NCBI RefSeq assembly: GCF_028368995.1
Contig: NZ_JAQNDL010000001.1
Coordinates: 2,464,001-2,528,000 of the forward strand
Source: Nannocystis bainbridge
Lineage (GTDB): Bacteria; Myxococcota_A; Polyangia; Nannocystales; Nannocystaceae
Direction: 5' to 3'
Length of the DNA stretch: 64,000 nt
The stretch's first letter is position 1, and each line of letters starts with the position of its first letter. Below the pieces are notes generated by a model that saw only the letters and a program-made list of their open reading frames with translations, was not told where the DNA came from and did not search any database. Of this stretch, positions 54,276-63,932 are shown in pieces. The translations under genes were made by a program, and so were the position numbers.

Positions 54276-56336
54276 ATGGCCGGCGACGTCGTCCACTACA
54301 TTCAGGACCTGAGCGTCATCCTGGCGACGGCGACCGTCACCAGCATGATCTCGCAGCGGCTCAAGCAGCCGCCGGTCCTCGGCTATGTGCTCGCCGGGGT
54401 GCTGATCGGGCCGTACGTGCCGGGCATCGAGGTCGCCCGCGACAGCGGCATGCTGACCCACGATCTTTCCGAGTTCGGGATCATCATGCTGATGTTCAGC
54501 ATCGGCCTCGAGTTCAACCTGCGGAAGATCGCCAGGATCGGCCCCGCCGCCGGGCTCACCGCGCTGTTCGAGGTCGCGCTGATGATGACGCTCGGCTTCG
54601 GCTGCGCGCGCCTGTTCGGCTGGGACCGCTTCCAGGCGCTGTTCGTCGCCGCCTGCATCTCGAGCTCGTCGACCATGATCGCCGCCAAGGCGTTCGAGGA
54701 GCACCACCAGCGCGCCGGCTTCGTCGACCTCGCGTTCGCCATCCTCGTGTTCGACGACATGTTCACGATCCTCGTGTTCGCCCTGCTGACCGCGGTCGCC
54801 GGCGGCAGCGGGGTGTCGGCCGGCGATTTCGCCTGGTCGGTGGGCCAGCTGATCGCCTTCCTCCTGGCCCTGCTGGCGCTCGGCCTGCTCGTGATCCCCC
54901 GCTTCATCCGCCGCGCCGCCGCCCACGAGCGGCCCGAGACGCTGCTGATCGCCAGCGTCGCGGTCTGCTTCATCATGACCTCGCTGGCCGCCGCCGCCGG
55001 CTACTCGGTGGCCCTCGGCGCCTTCATGGCCGGCATGCTGGTGTCGGAGTCGGGTGAGGGGCAGCGGCTCGAGCCGCACGTGCAGCCGCTGCGCAACATC
55101 TTCGGCGCGGTGTTCTTCGTGTCGGTCGGCATGCACTCCGACCCGCTCGAGATCTTCGCCCAGTGGCCGCTGGTGCTGGCGCTGACGGCCGTGGTCATCG
55201 TCGGCAAGGTCGTCGGCGTGTCGACCGGCGCCTTCCTCACCGGCAACGGCCTCTCCAACGCCGTGCGCGCCGGCCTCGGCTGCGCCCAGAACGGCGAGTT
55301 CTCCTTCATCATCGCCGCCTTCGCCATCGCCGCCGGGATCCTCGACGAGAGCATGTTCCCGGTGGTGGTCGGCGTGTCGCTGCTGACGCAGATCACCACG
55401 CCGCTGCTGGTGCGCCGCTCGGAGCGGCTGGCCCACGCGCTCGAGCGGCGGCTGCCGGGGCGGCTGCAGACGTTCGTCGAGTTCTACGAGTCGTGGATCG
55501 AGCAGCTCCGCACGGCGCCGCGCACGGTGACGGTGTGGAGCCGGGTGCGCCGACCGGTGATCCTGCTGGTGGTCGACGCGGCGCTGCTGATGGCCAGCGC
55601 GGCCGGCTCGCACCTGATCCACTGGGACGTGGTGAAGTTCTTCGCCGACCGCTTCCACCTGCCGCCGTCACTGGTCGACGTGGTGTGGCTGACGCTGACG
55701 CTGGTGGTCGGCGGCCTGTTCTTCCTCGGCGTGCTGCGCCACCTGCGGGCCGTCGCGCGCACGCTGGCGCGCATCGTCGTGCCGGCGCACGTCGACGACG
55801 GCCCCGACCTCGGCGCCGCCCCGCGTCGGGCCCTCACCGTCGCCCTCGAGGTCGCGCTCTGCCTGGCGGTCAGCGGCCCGCTGGTGGCCATCGCCCAGCC
55901 GTTCGTGCCGCTCAGCACGATCCTGTTCGTGCTCGGCCTCATCGCCGTGGTGCTGCTCTACGACGGCTGGCGCAGCCTCGCCAACCTGCAAGGCCACGTG
56001 CGCGCCGGCACCGAGCTGATCGTCGCCATGCTGGCCAAGCAGAGCTACGAGGGCAGCAGCGCCGAGCGACCGCTGCCGGGCGTGCGCGACCTCCTGCCCG
56101 GCTTCCCCGACCTCTCGCCGCTGCGCCTCGACCCCGGCGATTTCGCCATCGGTCACACGCTCGCCGAGCTGCAGCTGCGCCAGCGCTCGGGCGCGACGGT
56201 GATGGCGGTCCGCCGCCCGTCGACGCCCGACACCTCACCCGCGCCGTACGCCCCGCTCGCGCTGGGCGACGTGCTCGCGCTCGCCGGCACCCCCGAGGCG
56301 ATCACCCGCGCCCGCCAGATCCTCGAGCACGGGTGA
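54276..56336 (+). CDS. Cation:proton antiporter (CPA2) with C-terminal TrkA-C domain
   Basis: GIIMLMFSIGLEF, ISSST, ALGAFMAG, QNGEFSFII, GHTLAELQLR..SGATVMAVRR. Confidence 0.92.
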   Translation: MAGDVVHYIQDLSVILATATVTSMISQRLKQPPVLGYVLAGVLIGPYVPGIEVARDSGMLTHDLSEFGIIMLMFSIGLEFNLRKIARIGPAAGLTALFEVALMMTLGFGCARLFGWDRFQALFVAACISSSSTMIAAKAFEEHHQRAGFVDLAFAILVFDDMFTILVFALLTAVAGGSGVSAGDFAWSVGQLIAFLLALLALGLLVIPRFIRRAAAHERPETLLIASVAVCFIMTSLAAAAGYSVALGAFMAGMLVSESGEGQRLEPHVQPLRNIFGAVFFVSVGMHSDPLEIFAQWPLVLALTAVVIVGKVVGVSTGAFLTGNGLSNAVRAGLGCAQNGEFSFIIAAFAIAAGILDESMFPVVVGVSLLTQITTPLLVRRSERLAHALERRLPGRLQTFVEFYESWIEQLRTAPRTVTVWSRVRRPVILLVVDAALLMASAAGSHLIHWDVVKFFADRFHLPPSLVDVVWLTLTLVVGGLFFLGVLRHLRAVARTLARIVVPAHVDDGPDLGAAPRRALTVALEVALCLAVSGPLVAIAQPFVPLSTILFVLGLIAVVLLYDGWRSLANLQGHVRAGTELIVAMLAKQSYEGSSAERPLPGVRDLLPGFPDLSPLRLDPGDFAIGHTLAELQLRQRSGATVMAVRRPSTPDTSPAPYAPLALGDVLALAGTPEAITRARQILEHG

Positions 56337-56509
56337 CGCCGAGCCGAAATCACTGCGGCAAGATCTCGACGTCGTTGATCGCCTTGATCGCCGCGCCGGC
56401 CGGGTACGCGTACGACACGTACGTGGTGACGAAGTTGACGGTCGCCGGCGAGCTGGTACGGCTCGGTGAGCCCGGGTGCACGCGAGCGGCGGACTCGTTA
56501 CTCTCCGCC

Positions 56510-57649
56510 GTGGTGCCCGCGCCTGCCTCCACCCTCGCCCTCGTGCTCGCGCTCGCGCCCGCGGGCTTCGACCTCGAGTGGCTGGCCCCGGAAGGTTGCC
56601 CGGGAGCCGACGCGGTCGTCACGGCCACCGCCCGGCTGCTCGGCCGGCCCGCCGAGGTCGACCCCTCGCGGCGCGTCCGCGCCCGCGCCGTGGTCGTCCG
56701 CGAGCCCCGCGGCTTCCGCCTCGATCTCGAGCTGCAGAGCGGCGCCGGCCTCGATCGCCGCAGCCTCCGCGATCGCCGATGCCAGGTGCTGGCTGACGCG
56801 GCCGCCAAGATCGTCGCCACCGCCGTCGACCCCAGCCTCGCCGCCGGGGTCCCGCCGGTGCTGCCGCCGGAGTCCGATGAGACATGGCGTGAAGGACATG
56901 CCCCATCGAACATGTCCCCGAGTCTCGCCCCTCCGAATCCCCTGTCCGATGGGACATGGCGTGAAGCACCTGCCCCATCGACCATGTCCCCGGGGTCAGC
57001 CCCAGCGCTCGTCGAGGGCCCGCCCACGGCCCCCGTCTCGCCGCTCGCGCCCGCGGGAGACGACCCACTCGCTACGCCGCCCGCGGGCGACGATCCGCTC
57101 GCTACGCCCGCCCCGACGTCGCCCCCGCCCGACCCGCTGCGCGCCTCGCTGCGCCTCGCCGGCGTGTTCGACCAGGGCAGCCTGTCTGGCCCGACCGGCG
57201 GCCTCGCGCTCGCGCTCGGCGTCATGCGCCGGCGCTTCCGCGTCGAGCTCGGGTTCGCCGGCCTGGCCCCGCGCGAGGCCCGACCGGACCCGGCCGAGCC
57301 TGCCGGTGCACGCCTGTCCTTGTGGACAGCCACGCTCCGCGCCTGCGGCGTCGCCGGGCTGCGGCCGCGGCTCGAGCTCGGCGGCTGCGGCGGCCTCGAG
57401 GCCGGGGCCTTGCTCGGCGCCGGCTTCGGGGTCGAGGCCGCGCGTACGCGCGCGCAGCCGTGGCTCGCGGTGGTCGTCGGGCCCGAGCTCGCGGTCCCCG
57501 TCGCGCCGCGACTCGCGGTCACCCTCGGGGTCGACGCGGTGGTCCCGCTGGTGCGCCCGCAGTTCGTCCTGGACGGCGTCGGATCGGCGTTTCGCGCCAA
57601 CCCTGCGGCCTTCCGCGCCGTCCTCGGCCTGCAGCTTAGAATCCCGTGA
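56510..57649 (+). CDS. Hypothetical exported protein with probable C-terminal beta-barrel; first gene of the ECF cassette
   Basis: Signal-like N-terminus, LEWLAPEGCP, Pro linker, amphipathic beta-strands; stop overlaps the sigma start (GTGA). Confidence 0.7.
   Translation: MVPAPASTLALVLALAPAGFDLEWLAPEGCPGADAVVTATARLLGRPAEVDPSRRVRARAVVVREPRGFRLDLELQSGAGLDRRSLRDRRCQVLADAAAKIVATAVDPSLAAGVPPVLPPESDETWREGHAPSNMSPSLAPPNPLSDGTWREAPAPSTMSPGSAPALVEGPPTAPVSPLAPAGDDPLATPPAGDDPLATPAPTSPPPDPLRASLRLAGVFDQGSLSGPTGGLALALGVMRRRFRVELGFAGLAPREARPDPAEPAGARLSLWTATLRACGVAGLRPRLELGGCGGLEAGALLGAGFGVEAARTRAQPWLAVVVGPELAVPVAPRLAVTLGVDAVVPLVRPQFVLDGVGSAFRANPAAFRAVLGLQLRIP
56880..57003. repeat. Two 14-bp-period decamer blocks (72-bp duplication) in frame within a CDS
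   Basis: CATG 56883, 56897, 56911; then CCTG 56941, CATG 56955, CCTG 56969, CATG 56983, CAGC 56997. Confidence 0.8.
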
Positions 57650-58245
57650 CGGACCGCGAGCCCGGCGGCCAATGCCCGCCCGACATGCCTCCGCTCGCCG
57701 CGCGGTCCGGTCCTTCGGGGGTCGGCCCCGAGTTCGCCGTCGTCTTCCGCGAACACCACGACTTCGTGTGGCGGATCCTCCGCTACTTCGGCGTCCCGCC
57801 TGCGACCGTCGACGACAAGGTCCAGGACGTCTTCCTCGTCGTCTACCGCCGCTGGGACGACTTCGACCGCAGCAGCTCCATGCGCAGTTGGCTGTACGGC
57901 ATCGCCCGCCGGGTCGCCGCCGACCTGCGCCGCGGCACCGCGCGGGCCGAACGCAGGCTACGCGCCGTGCCCGAACCCACGCCCGCCGTCACGCCCGACC
58001 AGGCGCTCGCGCAGGCCGAGGCCGCCGCGTTCGTCGAGCGCTTCCTCGCCACCCTCGACGACGACAAGCGCGAGGTCTTCGTCCTCGCCGAGCTCGAGTT
58101 CCTCACCGCGCCCGAGATCGCCGCCGCCACCGACGCCAACCTCAACACCGTCTACTCGCGACTTCGTGCCGCGCGCGCCCTGTTCGATCGCGCCGTGCGA
58201 CGCTTCGCCCCCGAACTGCGGAGGACCCATGGCCAGCCACGATGA
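57646..58245 (+). CDS. ECF RNA polymerase sigma factor
   Basis: DDKVQDVFL, RSWLYGIARR, REVFVLAELE, NTVYSRLRAAR. Confidence 0.92.
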   Translation: MTDREPGGQCPPDMPPLAARSGPSGVGPEFAVVFREHHDFVWRILRYFGVPPATVDDKVQDVFLVVYRRWDDFDRSSSMRSWLYGIARRVAADLRRGTARAERRLRAVPEPTPAVTPDQALAQAEAAAFVERFLATLDDDKREVFVLAELEFLTAPEIAAATDANLNTVYSRLRAARALFDRAVRRFAPELRRTHGQPR

Positions 58246-58999
58246 CGACTCGCGCGACCTCCTGCTCGGCTATCGCGAGCGGCACGCCCCGTCGCCGCAG
58301 GCCGCCGCCGACAACTGGCAGCAGCTCCTGCGGCGCATCGACGCCGGCGAGCCCGCGCCCGTCCTCGGCGCTGGCGAGGCACCGATGCCCGCCCCTGCCT
58401 CCGCCGCGCGCACCTGGGCCTTCGGCTTGCTCGCCGCGGCCGCCGCCGCGCTGCTCGTGGCTCGCTTCGTCTGGCCCGAGCGCTTCTCGGCCCGCGGTCG
58501 CGACCTCGGCGCCGCCGCGCCCTACCAGCACGAGCCCGACGCGCGCCCGCAGAGCCTCGCCGTCCCCGCGCCCGCGCCGACCGCCTCCACGCCGCGAGCT
58601 GTCCCCGAAGACAGCCCTTCGCTCGCGCCGCCCACGGCCGCGAGCGTCCAGCGACCTGTCCCTTCCACCATGCCCGAAAAGCCAGCCGCCGAGATCGACC
58701 TCGCGCGCGAGCTCGCCGCCGTCCGCGCCGCCGCCCAGGCCGTGCGCGACGGCGACGGCGCGGCCGCTCTCGGTCACGCCGACGCTTACCTCGCGGCCCA
58801 CCCGCGCGGCTCGCTGGTCCCCGAGGCCCGCCTGCGCCGACTCGAAGCGCTGTGCCTGCTCGGGCGCGAAGACGAGGCCCGCCGCGAAGTCGACGCCTTC
58901 CTCGCCGACTACCCACAATCACCGTTGCGCGAGCGCGCGACCGCGGCCTGCAAATCGTCTCACGGGTCCGACGACCGGCGGCCATCGCCCGGTCAATGA
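58229..58999 (+). CDS. Putative anti-sigma factor (single TM, C-terminal TPR-like helices)
   Basis: Overlaps the sigma gene; TM segment; YLAAHPRGSL.PEA...FLADYPQSPL. Confidence 0.75.
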   Translation: MASHDDDSRDLLLGYRERHAPSPQAAADNWQQLLRRIDAGEPAPVLGAGEAPMPAPASAARTWAFGLLAAAAAALLVARFVWPERFSARGRDLGAAAPYQHEPDARPQSLAVPAPAPTASTPRAVPEDSPSLAPPTAASVQRPVPSTMPEKPAAEIDLARELAAVRAAAQAVRDGDGAAALGHADAYLAAHPRGSLVPEARLRRLEALCLLGREDEARREVDAFLADYPQSPLRERATAACKSSHGSDDRRPSPGQ

Positions 59000-60342
59000 C
59001 ACGCCTACCTCTCAGCCTCTCCTTGCTCCTCCCCCTCGTCGGCGCCTGTGAGCTCAACGGCGTCACGCTCACCGGCGCCGACACCGACGGGGGCACCGTG
59101 TCCACCACGGGCGACGGACCCGGCAACTCGAGCGCGACGACCACCACCGCCCCGACGTCGACCACCGATCCCTCCGCCGGCTCTGACAGCGAGCCCACCA
59201 CCGAGGCCTCGACCGGCGAGGTGCCCTCGGTCAGCGCCGTCGATATCCTGTTCGTCATCGACAACTCCGGGAACATGGCCCGTCACCAGGAGCGCCTGGT
59301 CGAGAGCATCCCCGCCCTGCTGGCCGGGCTCGACGGCCAGGATCTGCGGATCGCCGTCACCACCACCGACACCGGCAACCCGCGCTGCCCCGCCGCGCAG
59401 ACCACCCCCGAGGGCGGCAAGTTCGTCATGCGCAGATGCGTCGACGCGATCGACCAGGGTGACTTCATCTTCGACGAAGAGGACTTCTCGAGCGCGTGCA
59501 CCGATCATTGCACGCTCTCCGCCATCGACTTCACCGTCGCTCCGACGTCCACGGCACTCGACCCCGCTCCGAAGCCGCGTAATTGGATCGAGCGCACCGG
59601 GGGCGACCTCAACGTCGGCACCAGCCTGGCCGACGCGCTCGCCTGCGCGCTGCCGCAGGGCGTGTCCGGCTGCGGCTTCGAGTCGCCGCTGCAAGCGATG
59701 TCGTTCGCACTGACCCTGGCACTCACCAGCGACAGCCAGACCAACTACGGTTTCCTCCGCCCCGAGGCCGACCTGCGCATCATCATCGTCACCGACGAGG
59801 CCGACTGCAGCTATCGGCACGAGTTCAAGGACATCTTCACCACCAACAAGACCTTTTGGGAGAATCCCGATCGCCCCGACGCCACCAGCGCCGTCTGCTT
59901 CAACGCCGGCGTGAAGTGCGACGGTCCCGGACCGACCTACGCGAGCTGCGAGGCGGTCGACTTCGCCGCTGACGGGACGGTGGCCGCCGATCCCGCGCAG
60001 GCCGTGCTGCGCCCGATCTCGGAGTACGTCGAGCTCTTGCAGGACATCCAGGCCACCAAGACCGGCGGCGCGAGCGTGGGGCTGTTCGCCCTCGCCGGTG
60101 TCCCGCATGGCTTCGAGACCGGGACCGTCCCGCTGGTCTACGCCGACGACCCCGACCCCGACCAGCAGGAGCTGTTCGGGATCGCCGCCGGCTGCGTCGC
60201 CGCCGACGACGCGAACATCACCGCCATCCCGCCGACCCGCCTGATCGGCCTCGCCACCTCGATGCTCGGCGCCCCGCAGATCTTCTCGATCTGCGACGAA
60301 GACTTCGACGCCGCCATGACTGCCGCCGGCTCCACGCCTTGA
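58996..60342 (+). CDS. vWA-domain Cys-rich lipoprotein (CglB-like)
   Basis: Lipobox VGAC, VDILFVIDNSGNM, GCGFESPL, FLRPEA.L.II.VTDE.DCS. Confidence 0.8.
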   Translation: MTRLPLSLSLLLPLVGACELNGVTLTGADTDGGTVSTTGDGPGNSSATTTTAPTSTTDPSAGSDSEPTTEASTGEVPSVSAVDILFVIDNSGNMARHQERLVESIPALLAGLDGQDLRIAVTTTDTGNPRCPAAQTTPEGGKFVMRRCVDAIDQGDFIFDEEDFSSACTDHCTLSAIDFTVAPTSTALDPAPKPRNWIERTGGDLNVGTSLADALACALPQGVSGCGFESPLQAMSFALTLALTSDSQTNYGFLRPEADLRIIIVTDEADCSYRHEFKDIFTTNKTFWENPDRPDATSAVCFNAGVKCDGPGPTYASCEAVDFAADGTVAADPAQAVLRPISEYVELLQDIQATKTGGASVGLFALAGVPHGFETGTVPLVYADDPDPDQQELFGIAAGCVAADDANITAIPPTRLIGLATSMLGAPQIFSICDEDFDAAMTAAGSTP

Positions 60343-60391
60343 GCTCGTCGCGACGCGGAGACGGACGCGAGCGTCGCTCGCGTCCATGACC

Positions 60392-61243
60392 TCAGCGCGG
60401 AGTCTTCAGCTCGAGGCCCGGGTGCCAGATCGGCCGCGTACCGCGGGCCTGCTCCATCGCGTCGAGCAGGTGCAGCGCGCCCAGGCCGGTCGCTACGCAT
60501 GCCTTTTCGGCCATGTCCTTTTGGCCAGCCGAGATGAACACGTCGTCGGCGCGGGTCGCATAGACCGCGCACACCGCCCCGGCCACGAACCCGCGCAGCG
60601 TCGCCAGCGTCAGCAGGCACGCCGTCTCCATCTCGAGGTTCTTGACGCCCTGGCGGGCCAGGCGATCGACGATGTCGGGCTCGCGCGGCGCGAAGCCCTG
60701 GACCGCCCGGCCCTGGCCGGCGTAGAAGCTCGGCGACGTCGCCGTCACGCCGACGTGGTAGCGGTGCCCGATCGCGTCGGCGGCGGCCGCCAGGGCCATC
60801 ACCGCCTGCGGATCTGCGACGGCCGGGTACGAGTCCTCGACGTAGAACCGCGTCGTGTTCTCGAGCCGCAGCGCCGCCTGCGAGATCACCAGATCGCCGA
60901 GCGACATCCCCGGCTGCAGCGCGCCCGTGCTGCCGCAGCGGATCATCACCGGGCGCTCGACGCACTGGCACAGCTCGACGATCGCGATCTCGGTGCTGGC
61001 CGCGCCCATGCCGGTGCCCATCACGCTGACGCGCAGGCCCTGATGCACACCCGTGATCGTCACGAACTCGCGGTTCGAGCGCTCGAGCTCGACCTTCTCG
61101 AAGTTGCCGGCGACCCGGCGCGCGCGCTCGGGGTCGCCGACCAAAATCATGTGGCGGGCCACCTCGCCAGGCGCGAGAGCGATGTGATACTGCCGGCCCT
61201 CGGCGTCGCGGACGTTGGTGGCGGACTCGTAGCCTTGCGTCAT
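60392..61243 (-). CDS. udp: Nucleoside (uridine) phosphorylase
   Basis: QYHI, GDPERA, NREF, GTGMG, RCGSTG, FYAGQGR, NLEMET. Confidence 0.88.
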   Translation of the reverse strand: MTQGYESATNVRDAEGRQYHIALAPGEVARHMILVGDPERARRVAGNFEKVELERSNREFVTITGVHQGLRVSVMGTGMGAASTEIAIVELCQCVERPVMIRCGSTGALQPGMSLGDLVISQAALRLENTTRFYVEDSYPAVADPQAVMALAAAADAIGHRYHVGVTATSPSFYAGQGRAVQGFAPREPDIVDRLARQGVKNLEMETACLLTLATLRGFVAGAVCAVYATRADDVFISAGQKDMAEKACVATGLGALHLLDAMEQARGTRPIWHPGLELKTPR

Positions 61244-61953
61244 CTCTGCTCCTGACCTGCCCCGACGACCCTGTCGAAGGGGACATCTTCGTCCCAGCCG
61301 GCGACGATCGCCACCGACGCGCTGGCGCCGAGGCGCGACGCCCCGGCGGCCAGCATGGCCCTCGCGGTCGCGGCGTCGGCGATCCCGCCGCTGGCCTTGA
61401 CCCCCACGTCCGGGCCGACGGCCGCGCGCATGCGCTGGACCGCCGCGACCGTCGCTCCGCCCGGGCCGAAGCCGGTCGAGGTCTTCACGAACCGCGCCCC
61501 CGCGGCCACGCTGAGGCGGCACGCGACGTCGATCTCGTGCGGCTCCAGCAGCGCCGTCTCGAGGATCACCTTCGTCAGGTGGGCCCCGTCGCCCGCGCGC
61601 ACCACTCCCTGGATGTCCGAAAGGACAGCCGCTTCATCGCCGTCGCGCAGGGCTCCGAGCGCGATCACCATGTCGAGCTCCTCGGCCCCGTCGGCCAGCG
61701 CCTGCGCCGCCTCGGCCGCCTTGATCGCCGGCGAGTTGGCGCCGAGCGGGAAGCCGATCACCGTGCACACCTTCGCGCCCGCGCCCAGCGACGCCAGCGT
61801 GCGGCGGGCCAGCGCGACCCGGCTCGGCTGCACGCATACGCTGAAGAACCCGCCCTCGGCGGCCTCGCGGCACAGCTGCTCGACCTGCGCCGCGGTCGCG
61901 GTCGCGCGCAGCAGCGTGTGGTCGATGTGCGCGGCCAGCTCGGCGCGGCGCAT
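61240..61953 (-). CDS. deoC: Deoxyribose-phosphate aldolase
   Basis: IDHTLL, VIGFPLGA, KVILET, FVKTSTGF, VKASGGI, RLGAS. Confidence 0.96.
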   Translation of the reverse strand: MRRAELAAHIDHTLLRATATAAQVEQLCREAAEGGFFSVCVQPSRVALARRTLASLGAGAKVCTVIGFPLGANSPAIKAAEAAQALADGAEELDMVIALGALRDGDEAAVLSDIQGVVRAGDGAHLTKVILETALLEPHEIDVACRLSVAAGARFVKTSTGFGPGGATVAAVQRMRAAVGPDVGVKASGGIADAATARAMLAAGASRLGASASVAIVAGWDEDVPFDRVVGAGQEQR

Positions 61954-61958
61954 GGGCC

Positions 61959-62357
61959 TCAATCCAGGCACTGACGCAGCTCGTTGGCGATGTCGTTCGG
62001 CAGGTCGGGGCAGTCCTCGATGTCGTCGAGGGCATCGACGCCGCAGCCGAGGCGCGCGAGGTCGGTGCAGGTCTTGCCGTTGAGGCAGCCCGCGAGGCGG
62101 TTGTTGGCCGCGGTGAGGCAGTCGAGCTGGGCCTCGTAGTTGCCCTCGGCGTTCTTGAACAGCGCCTCGACGCACGCCTGCTCGCCCGCGGTGGGGGGCG
62201 CGTCCTCGCGGCACTCCTCTTCGTTGGGGGTGCAGCCGCACTCGGCCAGCTCCTTGGCGACCAGGGACTCGTTGAAGTCGTCGACGTGCGGACCGACCCC
62301 GCAACCCGCGGCGAAAGCGACCAACAAGGACACGATGGGCATCGAGAGGCGCTTCAT
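61959..62357 (-). CDS. Cys-rich helical lipoprotein
   Basis: Lipobox AAGC; multiple Cys. Confidence 0.75.
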   Translation of the reverse strand: MKRLSMPIVSLLVAFAAGCGVGPHVDDFNESLVAKELAECGCTPNEEECREDAPPTAGEQACVEALFKNAEGNYEAQLDCLTAANNRLAGCLNGKTCTDLARLGCGVDALDDIEDCPDLPNDIANELRQCLD

Positions 62358-62477
62358 GGGCAATTCGCTCCTGCGGCCGAGGCGGCCGGCGGGGCGGACC
62401 ATAACAGCCGGGACCGCGCGCCACAACCGCGTTATCTCCCCGAGGAGCGGCGCGGACTGGTACATTGCGCGCACGTG

Positions 62478-62882
62478 ATGGTCGCGCGCTGGTTCTGGTC
62501 CTTCGCCTTCACCCAGCTGGTGGAAGTGCCGATCTACCTGCGAGCGCTGGGCGGACCCGACCAGGCGCCGAGGCTCTCGCGGCCGCAGCGGTTGGGGCTC
62601 GGATTCCTCGCCTCGGCGCTGACGCACCCCTACGTGTGGTTCGTGTTCTTCGGGGTGTTCTACTCGCGCGCCTACGAAGATCTCGGCTACCACTGGCCGT
62701 TCGTCACCGCCCACCGCTACACCATCTACTTCATCGTCGCCGAGACCTTCGCCGTGGTCGTCGAGGCCCTGCTGCTGCGCGGCTGCGGCCTCCGCCGCGC
62801 CTTCTTGTGGGCCCTGCTCGCCAACGCCACCAGCGCCGGCCTCGGCTTCTTCAGCCGCCACTTCCTCGGCTGGCCCGGATGA
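62478..62882 (+). CDS. Small multi-TM membrane protein
   Basis: TQLVEVP...ASALTHP...AETFAVVVEA...LANATS. Confidence 0.75.
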   Translation: MVARWFWSFAFTQLVEVPIYLRALGGPDQAPRLSRPQRLGLGFLASALTHPYVWFVFFGVFYSRAYEDLGYHWPFVTAHRYTIYFIVAETFAVVVEALLLRGCGLRRAFLWALLANATSAGLGFFSRHFLGWPG

Positions 62883-62959
62883 CATGCGCAAAAGGACAGG
62901 TCCACAAGGACCTGTCCTTCACGGCATGCCCTTCGGGTCATGCCCGAAGGGTCATCAAT
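62880..62959. repeat. 14-bp-period decamer array (6 units) between convergent genes
   Basis: CATG 62883, CAGG 62897, CCTG 62911, CATG 62925, CATG 62939, CATC 62953. Confidence 0.9.
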
Positions 62960-63932
62960 AACGGCGGGCCGGCGGCGGCGGGGCGTACTGGTTGTGGCGC
63001 TCGCTGCTGGCCGGGAACGGCCGCGGGTCGTGCGGCGGCGGCGGCGAGACGTAGGGATCGACGATGACGCCGCGGGCGCGCAGGTTCTCGGCGCTGTCGT
63101 AGTAGACCGTCATCATCACGTCGGGCCGGCGCTTGGCGCGGCGCTCGAACGTCACCTCGCGCACCGAGCTGTGGGTCGTCTCGCCGTACTGCGTGCCGAG
63201 CCGCGCGCTACGGCCGTCGTCGAGCGCCTGCTCCTGGGCGTAGCCGCCGCTCGGGGGCGCCGACGCGGCCCGCTTGGCCGCCGGCGCGTCGGCCGGCGCC
63301 GGCGCCGGTCGGACCTCGGCCGCGCCCGCGCGGCTGCTGGTGTCGTAGTCGCCGTAGAACGGCTCGTAGTAGGGCCGCGTGGCGATCGGCGCCGGCGGGG
63401 TCCGCGGCCGGCGCGGCTGGTGCTCCTTGAACACCGCCACCCCGATCACGCCGACGTGCTGCGGCGTGCCCCAGCGCCCCGAATAGCTGTTGCCGACGTC
63501 GGTGAAGCGGAACGCCGCCACGTGGTCCAGCGACTGACGGAAGCCCTCGATCAGCACCGAGCCGTAGGGCTCGAGCACGTAGCCGCGCTGGGTCTTGTAG
63601 TTGCCGAGCTGGCCGCTCACCACGTCGCGCCCGTCGACCGTCACCACCGCCTCGACGCGCTCGCCCGAGTTGTTGCGGACGCGGATGTTGTAGCGCTCGC
63701 CCATCTGCCCGGCGACGAACATCGAGCCGCGGTGCTGATAGGTCGGCAGCGTCCCGCCGTACCCGCTCTCGATCGAGAGCGACACCTCCTGGCCCCACGG
63801 CGGCGCCACCATCTGCCCCGAATCGCCCCACGGCCGGTGGGCCTCGGCGACGCCTGGTCCGCAGGCGAACACCGCCGTGCCGAGGAGAAGGGTCGCGATC
63901 AGGCCGAAGGACTTGATAGTGGGTCGTCGCAT
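62955..63932 (-). CDS. Hypothetical secreted protein
   Basis: Signal peptide; GERYNIRVRN...VTVDGRDV...GVIGVAVF; GGAG RBS. Confidence 0.75.
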   Translation of the reverse strand: MRRPTIKSFGLIATLLLGTAVFACGPGVAEAHRPWGDSGQMVAPPWGQEVSLSIESGYGGTLPTYQHRGSMFVAGQMGERYNIRVRNNSGERVEAVVTVDGRDVVSGQLGNYKTQRGYVLEPYGSVLIEGFRQSLDHVAAFRFTDVGNSYSGRWGTPQHVGVIGVAVFKEHQPRRPRTPPAPIATRPYYEPFYGDYDTSSRAGAAEVRPAPAPADAPAAKRAASAPPSGGYAQEQALDDGRSARLGTQYGETTHSSVREVTFERRAKRRPDVMMTVYYDSAENLRARGVIVDPYVSPPPPHDPRPFPASSERHNQYAPPPPARRY

